A stretch of DNA of 64,000 nt from the human T2T-CHM13v2.0 reference genome, Homo sapiens. The stretch lies in assembly GCF_009914755.1 (NCBI RefSeq), contig NC_060929.1, one strand, 5' to 3'. Shown here in pieces: positions 27,841-40,995 of this stretch. The translations under genes were made by a program, and so were the position numbers. The first letter of the stretch is position 1. Each line of letters opens with the position of its first letter. Under the pieces are notes generated by a model. The model saw only the letters and a list, made by a program, of their open reading frames with translations, was not told where the DNA came from and searched no databases.

Positions 27841-29049
27841 TGCAAAAAAGAACAAAGTTTAAAAAATTATAAAAATTGCCAAATATGTGCAATCATAAAT
27901 GTTACCCCAAAATTTATTTGTGAGAGGAAGGTGGTTATAAATCTTAAGTCATTCAAAGCTAATAGAGATTATCCTAAATTTATAGTCATCTGAGAGATAC
28001 AAAGTCCTTTCAATGCAATGGCCTCTCTGGACCTGTCTTACTGTAAACTCCCACCACCAAACCTAGGGATGTTGTGAGAATCTCTACAAAGAAACTGGGT
28101 TTTTCTTAGAGAACCCAGGCTTAGAAGGGAAGAAAGTATCATGGCATAAGGACACCGATCCAAGAAACACTGAGAAAACTGGTCTACTCATGAAGAGTCC
28201 TTTTGTTCTTAAGAATACATTACTGACATTCCATAAATTGGCCATTAATTTGGGTTGCCAAATCTGTCATTTTCACAATGGAGATATCTGTTTTAAGCTT
28301 AAGGGACTCTGGAATTCACTGATGTGAGGGCTCTGAGGAATTGGAACTTTTGACTGAGAGATACGGTATCTTCAGAGGATAGAGCACTTTGCAGGACAGG
28401 AGAGTGGGCTTTGAGTGGAGAATGGAAAAGGAGGGTGGGTTTTGAGGGGAGAACAGAAAAGGAGGGAGCCTCTGATAGCTCCAGGGTGTGGTGGGCATAA
28501 AGGTGCAAGGAGAAGGGCCCTGGATGGCAGGAAAGGTATATGGAAAAGGATATGGGGAATGCCAAAGATGCCCTTTATTTGAAAATTCTGCCCAGGCCCA
28601 GCCTTATACCCTCCTCTTCCTCCTGGCTTCAGATGCTCACTGCTCCTGAGATCCAGGATGAGGATGATGCCTATAATTCTATATCTCAGTCTATCACAGG
28701 TTCTGGAGGCTTAGTGGGCCCATGTGGGACTCTAACCACTACATTTAGATCATGTCAATGGAAACACATTCTGAGTTAAAAACACAACTTGGGAAAAACG
28801 TAGCCTGATATAAACTCTACATGAAAATTAAGATTTACTTAATAGAAAACCCAGAAGGTTAATTACAAAAGGGTACTTCTATACAGGATTAGATTCATCA
28901 TAAAATCCTTTTAAAAAGCAGATTTCTTATAGATTTAAAAAGTAAATGATTTTCATAGAAGTTTCCATGTGGCCATATTTATTGTGTAGAGAAGAGCAAA
29001 AATTATTTTGTAGAGTAGCTCCTAAGGGATCTCAAGTTTTATGTTAATT

Positions 29050-29205
29050 TGATCCTCACAACAATCTTATGATAGTGGCATTGTCATTTCCATTTTACAG
29101 ACAAGAAAATTGAGGTTCAGAGAGGGTAAGTCACTTATTTAAGGTCACATTAGCAGAAAGTAAGGAGCACTCTGCTCTGTCTCCAAAGCCTACACTTTCC
29201 CCATT
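29050..29205 (-). mobile_element. MIR remnant
   Basis: atcctcacaacaatc...ccattttacagacaagaaaattgaggttcagagagggtaagtcac. Confidence 0.8.
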
Positions 29206-29359
29206 TTACCGTCAAATTTATATCAGAGCTGTCTTCTATTGTAGGAAACTTGATATTCCTCATCACCACAGGTTCTGATTACTTTTTGGTTTTATTCCTC
29301 AGGGCAGGTGGATGTGGTTATCCATCCCACTCAACGACCTAAAATCTGATGGCATACCA

Positions 29360-30883
29360 CTCAACAACAAAAGACAACCTAATTTAAAATGGGGACAAAT
29401 AACTTTAGTACTTTGGACAAATATATATATTTGTCCAAATGAGATATGCAAATGGTCAACAAACATATGAAAAGATGCTCAGCTTCATTAGTCATTAGGG
29501 AAATGCAAATCAAATCCATAATGAGGTGACACTTCGTACCCACTAAGATAACTATAAAAAATAAAAAGGAATGAGAAATAACAAGTATTGGCAAGGATGT
29601 GGAGAAATCAAAACTCTTGTACATTGCTAATGGGAATATAAAATGGTTGAACTGCTAAGGAAAACATTTTGGTGGTTCTTCAAAAGGTTAAATATAGAAT
29701 TGCTATATGACCCAGCAATTCCTCTCCTAGGTATATAACCCAAAGAATTGAAAACAGGTATTCAAACAAATACTTGCATATGCATATTCATAGTGATTTG
29801 GCCTCATTGTCTGTGGTGACACCTAAGGTTCGTTATTTCATGGCCACGGAGATCAAGGATGTGGACATACAAGGAGGTTAAGAGTGGAGGTTTAATAGGT
29901 GAAAGAAAGAGAATAGCTTTCTGCTACAGAGAGGAGTCCTGGAAAAATGGGTTGCTGATCCACTGGTGAGATGCAGGGGATTTTATCGATGAGCTTGTGG
30001 GGAGGCGGTGTCTGATTTACATAGGGCACAAAAAATTGGTTAGAACCAGGTGAACCATCTGCATAGGGCGCAAGTCTCTGGCAGCCCTCATCCCAATTTT
30101 TTATTATGCAGCTGGATCCTCTGCCAAGTTTTTTCATGTTGCTCAGTTCATTCTTACTATACATGTGCTAATAAAAAAGGAAGGCTTCCATGGTGGACAT
30201 GCCTGTTCCCCAGGTAGCCCTTTTCTATTGGTGCAGCTCCTGGCATTTCCCCGTGCAAGCTTCCAGCTTTTTTATCCATATTTGTAGTTTGATTTTTCAG
30301 GCTTTCCATCAGTTTTTAGAAAAAAAAAATGGTTTCTAGGGCTGTTTTTTTTGTTAGAAGGGAAGTTCTGCTGAGGACTCTCTTGCTCTCACTATCTGCC
30401 TAAATAATTTCTTTCTATCTCCTGTATCAATAGCAGCACTATTCACAATAGCCAAAAGGTGGAAACAAGCCAAATGTCAATTAATGGATGAATTGATAGA
30501 CAGTTTGTATCTATCCATATAATGGGTTATTACTCAGCCGTAAAAAGGAATGAAGTACTGATACATGCTACAACATGGATGAAACTTGAAAACATACTAA
30601 GCGAAAGAAGCCACATATATGATTCCATTTATATGAAATACTCAGAATAGGTAAATCCATAGAGACAGAATGCAGATTGGTGGTTACCAGAGCTTGGAGG
30701 GAGGGAGAATGAGGAGTTAACTGCTTAATGGGTATGGAATTTCCTTTTGAGGTGATGAAAATATTTTCATACTAGGTAGTGGTGGCAGTTATACAACATT
30801 CTGAATATAGTAAATGCCATTGAATTGTTCACTTTAAAATAATTCATTTTATGTTACATGAATTTGACCTCAATTAAAAAAAA
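29360..30883 (+). mobile_element. L1MB-type 3' portion (interrupted by MER50)
   Basis: ORF2 end and 3'UTR motifs (gggaaatgcaaatcaaa, gacccagcaattcc, catgctacaacatggatgaa, gacctcaattaaaaaa). Confidence 0.9.
29794..30429 (-). mobile_element. ERV1 solo LTR, MER50-like
   Basis: Reverse complement begins TGATACAGGAGATAGAAAGAAATTATTTAGGCAGATAGTGAG; perfect 4-bp TSD ATAG at 29790-29793 and 30430-30433. Confidence 0.85.
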
Positions 30884-32909
30884 CTATTGAATGTCCTGGT
30901 TATACCAGGCACAGAATTTGGAAAAGATATACTCAATCATGTGTCCAGACAGATGACCATGGATGTAAGCCACAGCAAATCTGATAAATTCCCCAGGCAT
31001 GTGAACAAAAGACTGTCTCCATCTATCCTACCAGAAACCCTGTTTCCACATGATTCACTGTGGATACTCCTAAGTAACACCCTGGGATAAAGCAGCTATG
31101 AATTATGAAGTCCCCACCTAACAACGGCCGCTGCATGTTTCTCCCCAGCACAGCTTATCATGGGAAAACTGGACCAGCCTTCTTTGTTGACCACTCCCTT
31201 CATTCGTTAACATTCTCTCATCACTAAGCTGCTTAATTTGGTTATACTGAGAGCCTGGTTAGAATGCAAGAGATGCCTGCTTTTATGTTTGATTTCAGCA
31301 GGGCCTGCAGGCACTGAAGGTTTTCTGTGGGAGCCAATGGCCTAGTTTGAGGTGAATAATCAGCTTTTTACTTAATGCTGTATCTCTCTTTTCAGCTGCG
31401 AACACTCTCTGTCCTTTTTTCTTCCCAGGGTTTGGCACGATGAAATGCTACTTTCAGAAAGATGAGTATGTCAGAATCCCTGGTGATTTCTAACGCTTAT
31501 GGAACACATCACATAGGAGCAATTTAGATGACAAAAAAGAGCACTCTTCAGTCTGGATTTACACTGTGTTCCTATTCACCGACACATCAGCAAACATTAT
31601 AAATGCCTTGCCTGAGTAATGAATGGTTTCTGAGTGAGTTCCTGGGCTGGCAGCAGGTTTGAAATTCTATAGAGTCAGGCAAGGGAGAAGGTGACTAGTG
31701 TAGAATTACGGGAAAGGATTAATGAAGGGGTGCTGACTACACATACTGCTCCACTGTTCTCTCAGTCACTAGACTGAGAAGTCACTGATTTTTGCCTCTA
31801 GGACTGGACTTTTATAACTTCAAAAAAGCCTCTTTAAACAAATCTGCATCAGCCAATGTGTCAACACTTCATTGGTTTCAATAGAATTAGTTTTCTAAAT
31901 GCTCTTTTCTGAAGCAATTTTTGTACTTGAAAATGCATTATAAGGAACATTTACTATAACTACAGTACAACGATATAGAATATGACAAGTAGGGTTTTAA
32001 TCGCTGCAAGCTGCAACACTGAACACGGTCTACATTGATCCTCCCCCTTCTCCTTCAGCATCAATGTTAATAAACCGAGGAACTTAAGGTTTTACTGGTA
32101 TTTGCTGTAAATAATAGCCAAGACTTCAATTGTATTTGCCCAGAATGAACCAGGCTAACAGTCTTCCAAAGATGCCTAGACAGGTTCTGATTTAATAGCC
32201 TTACATAACTCAGGCCCTTTATGTACCATGCCAAATAAACCATAAGATCATTCTGCCAGCTGAGAGATAACACACCAAAGCATGAACAAAGTGGAGGAAA
32301 CCACATGTCAGCACTGTGTATTAGACTTGCCTGGGTCAAACTCAAAGCACAGCTAGAAGCAGCCAAGAGTGGCTGAAAATTCATCGTCTCTAATTCTGAC
32401 ATGTTCTGCAGGACATCCTCTCTGGTAAGATGTATCATAAATACAAGCAGTGTGAGGGTTTGCAAAATGGAAAAATATTTCCTTTATACATTCTTCTTCT
32501 TAACTTCAGTGTGTGCTTTGCTTACTGTTAGGGGGGCTTTGAAAGTTTTTCTAAAAGGGAAATAGAGAAAGAATAGAGTTGTTCAAGTGCTCTAAAACGA
32601 AGAGAATGTGGGTCCTTTTATAAGAAGCCATTTAACCTCATTCTACTTCAATTTCACCTCTTTCTAAATGTGTCTGGAATAGGGGTGAAAGGGCAACGGC
32701 CCCTGTGCTTGTGATGCATTAAAGTTTGGAAAGGGAGAGAGAGCTGCGGTGGTAGATGAATCCTACATTAATGTGTGTTAGAATGTCCCAAGTATGTTCC
32801 CTTAGTCTTTTTGAAAACAGCAGGTAGAAGCAAATGGCCTCCCTCCTCCTTTCGACACTTCTCACAAATTTTTCTTTAAGAGATTCAGAGGATGTAATGC
32901 AAAGTATCA

Positions 32910-33125
32910 GCATGGGTTTTGGGTCACACATGCCCAGGGTGGGATTCTAGTCCTTCAGTTTGCTAGCTGTATGCAGTTAGCCAAATGACACAATTCCTCT
33001 GAACTTCAGTTTTCTTATTGGTAAAATGTACAGAAGACCTAACTTTTCCATTTGCTACAAGGATTACAGAAAGTGATGCCAGTTGCCTAGAATAGTAGGT
33101 GCTCAACAAATACTAACTGATGTTA
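32910..33125 (+). mobile_element. MIR remnant
   Basis: cctctgaacttcagttttc...gtaaaatg...gtaggtgctcaacaaata. Confidence 0.7.
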
Positions 33126-33233
33126 TTGTTCTTGTGATGAGTTCAGATGGGAAACATACTATGAAATCAAGATTTATTCAGGACCAAGTAGTTGGGGGGC
33201 GTTGTGCAAAGGCCAAGATTTTATTCCTCTCTA

Positions 33234-33690
<457 letters not shown>

Positions 33691-34300
33691 TCAACATCAA
33701 AGACTGCTACAATGGAAAACAGGAGTTTCAACTTAAGGTAGGTAAACTTGCAGGACTTCTTCAAATCAATAGTCTTAAAAAGGACCTTTTCCCCAAATTA
33801 GATTTTAGCAAATTCAGAAGATTGAGTGGATCTTTTCTCCTACCATTTTATTTTTATAGTAGCTTTCTGGTCAAAGAATTTATTGTACAAGTGTACAACA
33901 TGATATGCTTTGTCACATTTCTAGTAATATAGGAGAGAAAAACCCTGTCTCAACCACATAATACAACATCTGACATGCCTGGATCAATTTTTGATTATTT
34001 TATCAAATGTTTTGGATCACTGCATGTTTGATCACTAGATTTCTATAAAATTATTTTTGCAAAAATGAAAATGTCAGTCAATTTTGGTGGGGAGGTATTA
34101 TGATCAAAGACTGGACAGAGAAGTCACAAGCCTTTAATATCTTCTTCCCTTCTTTGTCATTCCATGACACCATGGACAGGATGTGGTCAGTGAAGCCAGA
34201 CTTCATTTCATGTTGCTTGTTGTTTTGTATGTTTGAAGCCTGATCCCAGCTGTATTTGAAACAGAGATTTCAAAGTGTTTCTAATCAAATATTTTGGGAG

Positions 34301-34591
34301 GGCCGGGTGCGGTGGCTCATGCCTGTAATCCCAGCACTTTGGGAGGCCGAGGCGGATGGATCACGAGGTCAGGAGATCGAGACTATGCTGGCTAACATGG
34401 TGAAACCCTGTCTCTACTAAAAAATACAAAAAATTAGCCGGGCGTGGTGGCGGGTGTCTGTAGTCCCAGCTACTCAGGAGGCTGAGGCAGGAGAATGGCG
34501 TGAACCCGGGAGGCGGAGCTTGCAGTGAGCCGAGATCGCGCCACTGCACTTCAGCCTGGGCGACAGAGTGAGACTCCGTCTCAAAAAAAAA
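34301..34591 (+). mobile_element. AluY
   Basis: gatcacgaggtcaggagatcgag, ggagaatggcgtgaacccgggaggcggagcttgc; TSD aaatattttgggag at 34287-34300 and 34590-34603. Confidence 0.97.
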
Positions 34592-34974
34592 ATATTTTGG
34601 GAGATCATTTGCATATTTGGGAGATCATTTCCTTTAAGAGGAAAACAAAAATACATAAATTCTCCTGTGCCAAGAACAAACACACTGCATGAGCAAGCAA
34701 TTTTTCCTCTTTTTCTCTCATTCACTATTCAAACCAGATTTAAAAGAAAAATTTTAGATCACTATTCCCAATTGTAGAAGTAATAGATATTTGTTGCAAA
34801 ATATATAAAAATTGGAAAATAAAAATCACTGTATTTAAAAATCACTAACCAGAAGTAACTACTTTTGGCATTTTAATTTTAGTAGAATAAAAATTTACTT
34901 TCCAGAAGTATTGGCGTAAACTGTGGGTACTCTTCATGACTAAAGTGTGAAAAGGTACACTAAAAAGAAACCTG

Positions 34975-35075
34975 GAGGGTATGCATGTGTGGGGGCAGTG
35001 CGTATATGGGAAATTTGTTACTTCTCTTCAATTGTGCTGTGAACCTAAAACTGTTCTAAAAAATAAAGTCTATTA
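34975..35075 (+). mobile_element. L1MC/L1MB 3' terminal fragment
   Basis: gggggcag..gtatatgggaaat...gctgtgaacctaaaactgttctaaaaaataaagtctatt. Confidence 0.75.
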
Positions 35076-35400
35076 GAATCCAATGACTTTGGCTTTTTTT
35101 TTTTTTTAATACTCACATACATAGGTTTTTTCCATGACATCGTGTGAAAGAAAGTATATGTGCATGTGTGTCTGTGTAAAATTATATTTTTAGTTTTACT
35201 TATCTGAAAATTGAGCTGTTAATGTGCCTGGTAAGAAGGCAAACAGGCTAGTTGCTATGGCGAAAGCACTAGTAAGAAAAGACAGAAGATCTTCACAAAA
35301 GTACACGTGGTTACCAAAACACTGAAGTTTCCACCCTCTTATACAAAAATCTCACTTGATTTGATATCCCAAGTACCAGAGGGCCTAGGAGGGGTCAGCT

Positions 35401-35436
35401 GTCTCCTGGACAGTTTTGTCTCCTGGACAGTTTTGT
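35401..35436 (+). repeat. 17-bp tandem duplication
   Basis: gtctcctggacagtttt x2. Confidence 0.95.
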
Positions 35437-35721
35437 GACCTGATTTTGATTACACCCTTAAGAACCTTTGCTCATTAAACATCCCTGACCCTTGTTGAAA
35501 AGACCTTTTTAAATTGGACCCAAATAATTAAGGTAGATATTTAGAAGTCAGAAATGTGAAGTTGAATGATCTAGTTTGATACTCTGTCCTCCTTTGCTCT
35601 GTGGTCCCTTTCTCACTGAAGCCTTCCTTGACCTCTCTATTAAAAATTATAATCCCCTTCCACTCTCTTTCCTGTTTTAATTTTTTCCGTAACATCTTAC
35701 ATATTTATTTATTTTACATAT

Positions 35722-36080
35722 TCTTTTTTCACAATTTCAACTTTTATTTTAGATTCAGGGTGTGTGTGTGTAGATTTGTTACATGGGTATATTGTGTGAT
35801 TCTGAGGTTTGAGGTATGCTTGATCCCATCACCCAGACAGTGAGCACAGTACCCAAAAGTTTTTCAGTCTTTGCCCTTCCTTCTCTCTTCCTCCTTTGTT
35901 ACTCCCTAGTGTCTGATGTTGTCATTTCTATGTCCATGAGTATGCAATGTTTATCTCCCACTTACAGTATTTGGTTTGCTGTTCCTGCGTTAATTTGCTT
36001 AGGATAAAGGCCTGTAGCTGCATCCATGTTGCTACAAAGAACAGGATTTTATTCTTTTTAATGGCTGCATAGTATTCCAA
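35722..36080 (-). mobile_element. 5'-truncated L1PA15/16-like 3' end inserted in an L2
   Basis: tttcaacttttattttagattcaggg...gttacatgggtatattgtgtga...gatcccatcacccag; TSD tattttacatat at 35710-35721 and 36081-36092. Confidence 0.88.
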
Positions 36081-36739
36081 TATTTTACATATCTTCTATT
36101 TCTCTCACTGGAATGCGAGTGCCATGAGGGTAAACACTTTTGTCTGTTCTTTTCTGCTGAATCTCTAGCTCCTGGAACAGGAGCACTTGGGCACACTGAA
36201 CACTTGAGTGTCAGGGTTTGTTGGGTGTCTTAGTAAATTAGAGATTTATGTTATGCTTATAAAAGACAAGTCTCAGAGAATGGTCCTGAATGGGGAGGTT
36301 GAAATAAAACAGTTTAAATTGCTCTGCACATTTAAGCAATGGAGAGGTTTTAGTTTGTTTTCTTTTGGCAGTTCAAGAGGGTAAGAGAAGAATGAAGAGA
36401 CTGGATTCATGGAAGAGCAATATGGGAAAAACAGTCTATAAGGTCTATCTTTACCTCCAGTCTCTTGCTAACCTGAGAAAACCTGGGGGTTCCCTATCCT
36501 TAGTGTTCCTGTTTTACAGCATGTGACCCCATCATGCAGTCTCTGTCCTTTCTTATTAGACCCACCTGACCTGGGACAGTTAAGAGATTTCCTGGGGTGG
36601 CGAATAGCCAGCGAAGACTATTTTCAGTTTGAAGCTGGTTTTCAATTTGAAATTGTATCTTGTGCTGTGAAGTAATTAGCTTGTTATCTTTATACCTCAT
36701 TAAATCTAGTGACACAACATAGCACATTAAAGTTTGAGA

Positions 36740-37800
36740 AAATTAAAAAACTGTACACTTAGAGATAATAGAACATAAATTTGAGGGAAAAGAATAAACA
36801 GCAAAATTAAACAAAATATGAAAGAAAAGTTGAGACCTAGAAAATAAATTCAGAAGGTCCAATAGTTGATTATTAGATAGTATGAAAAAGGGCAAGAGAG
36901 AATTGTCATATAATGATGAGAGACAATTTATTATTGTTGAGAAAATACAAGTTTTTATTTTAGATAGATTCAAGTGTGGCCAAACAATCTAGACATTGAC
37001 TTACAAAATATCAATAAAGCAAAGGTAATGACAAGACTCTGATAGCTCTCAGGAAAAAAAAGTTATGTAAAGTTGGATAACAAACAGATTGATATAAGAT
37101 TTCTCTTTGGTAACAATGGGTATATAACACAATATCTTCAAAATGCTGAGGGAAATATTTTTTGAAGCTAGAATTATATATATAAACCATTTTAGTCCAG
37201 TATAAAGGTATAAATGAAGACATTTTAGAGAAGGTCACATAATGTTTCCCTTTTACATAGCCAATCTGAAGAAAATATTTGACAACATGGCTTACAGAAA
37301 TGTAACGTGAAGCAAAAAACAATAGGAAGTCAAGAAATAAATGATGGAATTAACCCAAAGATATAAAGACTGGAATACAGGAATGCTAGCTAAGTAGTAT
37401 GGAAAACAAGTCAAAACTAGCAGAAAATGCAAAGTACTCCAAGAATGACATCAGGAAGAGTGGAATGGATTAACTCAATTGCTACGAAAAGCTGGAAGAT
37501 CTTATTGGCAAAATGAGGAAAACATGCAAATACTGATAAAGGGAAAAAATCTGTAAGGAAAGATTTGGCCAAGTATGAAGAAAACTGGGATATGGCATAA
37601 TTTTGAGAAGTTGATGGACTCTAAGAAAACATATGTTCCCTTCAGTTCCCCTAGGATTCATCACATTGGATCGATAGATATGGAAATATAGTCTTACCAT
37701 ACAATGTGGCTTTTCCTAAGAAAATAGTTTTCTGACATTGGCACAATGTTTTTTATGCTTCAAATATCAGAATCAGCCTATAAATAAAGCACCAATGAAT
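36740..37800 (+). mobile_element. Ancient L1 ORF1-like / HAL1 remnant
   Basis: A-rich, with gaaaataaattcagaaggtccaa and caatatcttcaaaatgctgagggaaa...ctagaattatata ORF1-like motifs. Confidence 0.5.
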
Positions 37801-38174
37801 TATGTACAATTATGAAACAGCTTAAGTGTAATCAGATAATATTGTCTTAAAGAAAAGGGCAGGGGAAAACACCTGTAGCTGACAGAAGAAAGCAGGTTGT
37901 CATGAGGTAAGAATGTGGAGAATAGGATGGAGTAACCATAACTTTTATATTACATATTGAGATTAAGACATGCAATTAAAAGTTAATGGAAAGAGATATC
38001 GAGTTTTTGGTATATGAACTCTTAACTATAATAGGTAGATAGAATCTCTTTCTCTCAAATGAAAGAATGATCACAAATTGGGAAAATGAGAAGAAGCAGA
38101 CTGCAAATGGGGGATGTGAAAGTGAGTGAATTCTCATTTTTCATAGCAGAGTATATATAGAATGTTCAGGATTA

Positions 38175-38868
<694 letters not shown>

Positions 38869-40995
38869 AGCGGTATGCCTCTATTGTTTAGAGTTACGGA
38901 ATAATGTTAGAGGTCTGAAAAACAATAAAGAAATGCCAATAAGAAGTTTTTTTTGGTACAATTTGCTTTTTTTCTGTAGGCACCTATTAGTTTGATTAAA
39001 CTTAATCATTTTAAAGAAGCTCAGTGAGCTACAGGAGAACACAGACAACGAAATGAAATCAGGGAAATAATACACAAATCAAAGGAGATGTTCACCACAG
39101 AAATAGAAACCATATAAAGGAACCAAAAAGGAAATTCTAAAGCTAAAATGCACAATGACTGAACTAAAAAAAAAAATAAATCCACAGACAGCTACAACAG
39201 AAGACTTTATCAAGCAGAAGAAAGAATTAATGAGCTCAAAGACAGGGCATTTGAGTTCGTTCAAGTTAGAGGAACAACAACAAAAAAAGAATGAAAAATG
39301 TGAAAAAAGTCTCAAACTTATAGGACACTATCATATAAACCAATATATACATTATAGAAGTCTTAGAAAAAAACACACAAAGAGAAAGGGGCCAAAAGCT
39401 TATTTAAAGAAATAATGATAGAAAGTTTTCCAAGTCTGGAGAGGGAAATGAACACCCAGATACACGAAGTCCAAAGAACCCCAAATAGATTAAAGAGATC
39501 TTTGCCAAGACACATTGTACTCAAATTCTCAAAACTCAAAGAGAGAATTGTAAAAGCAAGAGAAAAGAAACTCATCACCTACAAGAGATTCCTCATAAGA
39601 CTGTCAGTAGATTTCTCAGCAGAAACCTTTCATGCTGAAAGACAGATAATATATACAAAGTGCTAGAACAAACCCCTGACAACCAAGAATATCTGACAAG
39701 ACTGTGATTCAGAAATAAAAGAGTGATAAGGACTTGCAAAGACAAACAAAAGCTATGGAAGCTCATCATCACTAGACTTGTCTTATAGGAAATGCTAAAG
39801 GAAGTTCTCCAAGTTGAAATAAAGGAACACTAACAGAGTGAAGACAATAAAACTACAAAACTCACTGTAAGAATAAGAATATATTCAAATTCACAGTATT
39901 TTAATACAGTAATGGTAAATTTTAAGACACTTCTAACTCTATAGAAGTTAAATGTCTAAACTATTAAAAATAACTATAGCTGCAATGATTTGTTAATATA
40001 TGATCCATAAAAGATGAAAATTGTGACATCAATAACATAAAATGTGGGAAGAGAAGTGAAAATGTAGAGTTTTTGTATGCAGGTGAAGTTAAGTTGTTTT
40101 CAGCCTAAAATAGACTGTTATAAGACATTTTATGTAAGCCTCATGGTAGCAACGAAGAAAAAGCCTGTGTTAAAACCACAAGAGGTAAAGAGAAAGGAAT
40201 CAAAGCATCCAATGACAAAAATCATCAAACTGTGAAGAAAGACAACACGAGAAGAATGAAAGAGACTACAGGCAGTCAGAAAATGATCAGCAAAAACCAC
40301 AGTAATTACTTTCCTATCAATAATTTAAATTTAAGTGGATTAAATTCTCTAATCAAAAGACATAGACTGGGTGAGTGTATTAAAAGAAATCCAATAATAT
40401 GCTACCTACAAGAGACTCATTTTAGCTTTAAGGACAAACCCAGGCTGAAAGTAAAGAGATGGAAGAAGAGTCCATGTAAAAGAGAGTGGGGTGGTTGTAC
40501 TTAACATCAGACAAAATGATTTTAAGTCAAAAACTTCCTTAAGAGACAAAGAAGGTCATTATATAATGATAAAAGGGTTAATTTGTCAGTTGTTACAAAT
40601 TGATCCTGTTATAAATATGTTACAAATATTGTTATGTCATATGTTATAAACATTGTAACAAAAATTAATATAAATTGATTATCTGTTAGACCACAAAAAA
40701 TCTTGACAAATTCAAGAAAATTGAAATCATACCAAGTATTTTTTTTTCTGAAAACAACAGTATGAAACTAGAAATCAATAACACAAGGAATGTTTGAAAA
40801 TTCACAAATACATGGAAGTTAAATAACATATTCCTGAATAACCAGTGGGTCATAGAGGAAATCAAAATAGAACTTACAAAACATTTTGAAACAAATTACA
40901 ATGTAAACACAACACATCAAAACTTGTGGGGTATAGCAAAAGCTGTCCTAAGGGAGAACTTTATAGGAATAAATGCCTATATTAAGACAGAAGAG

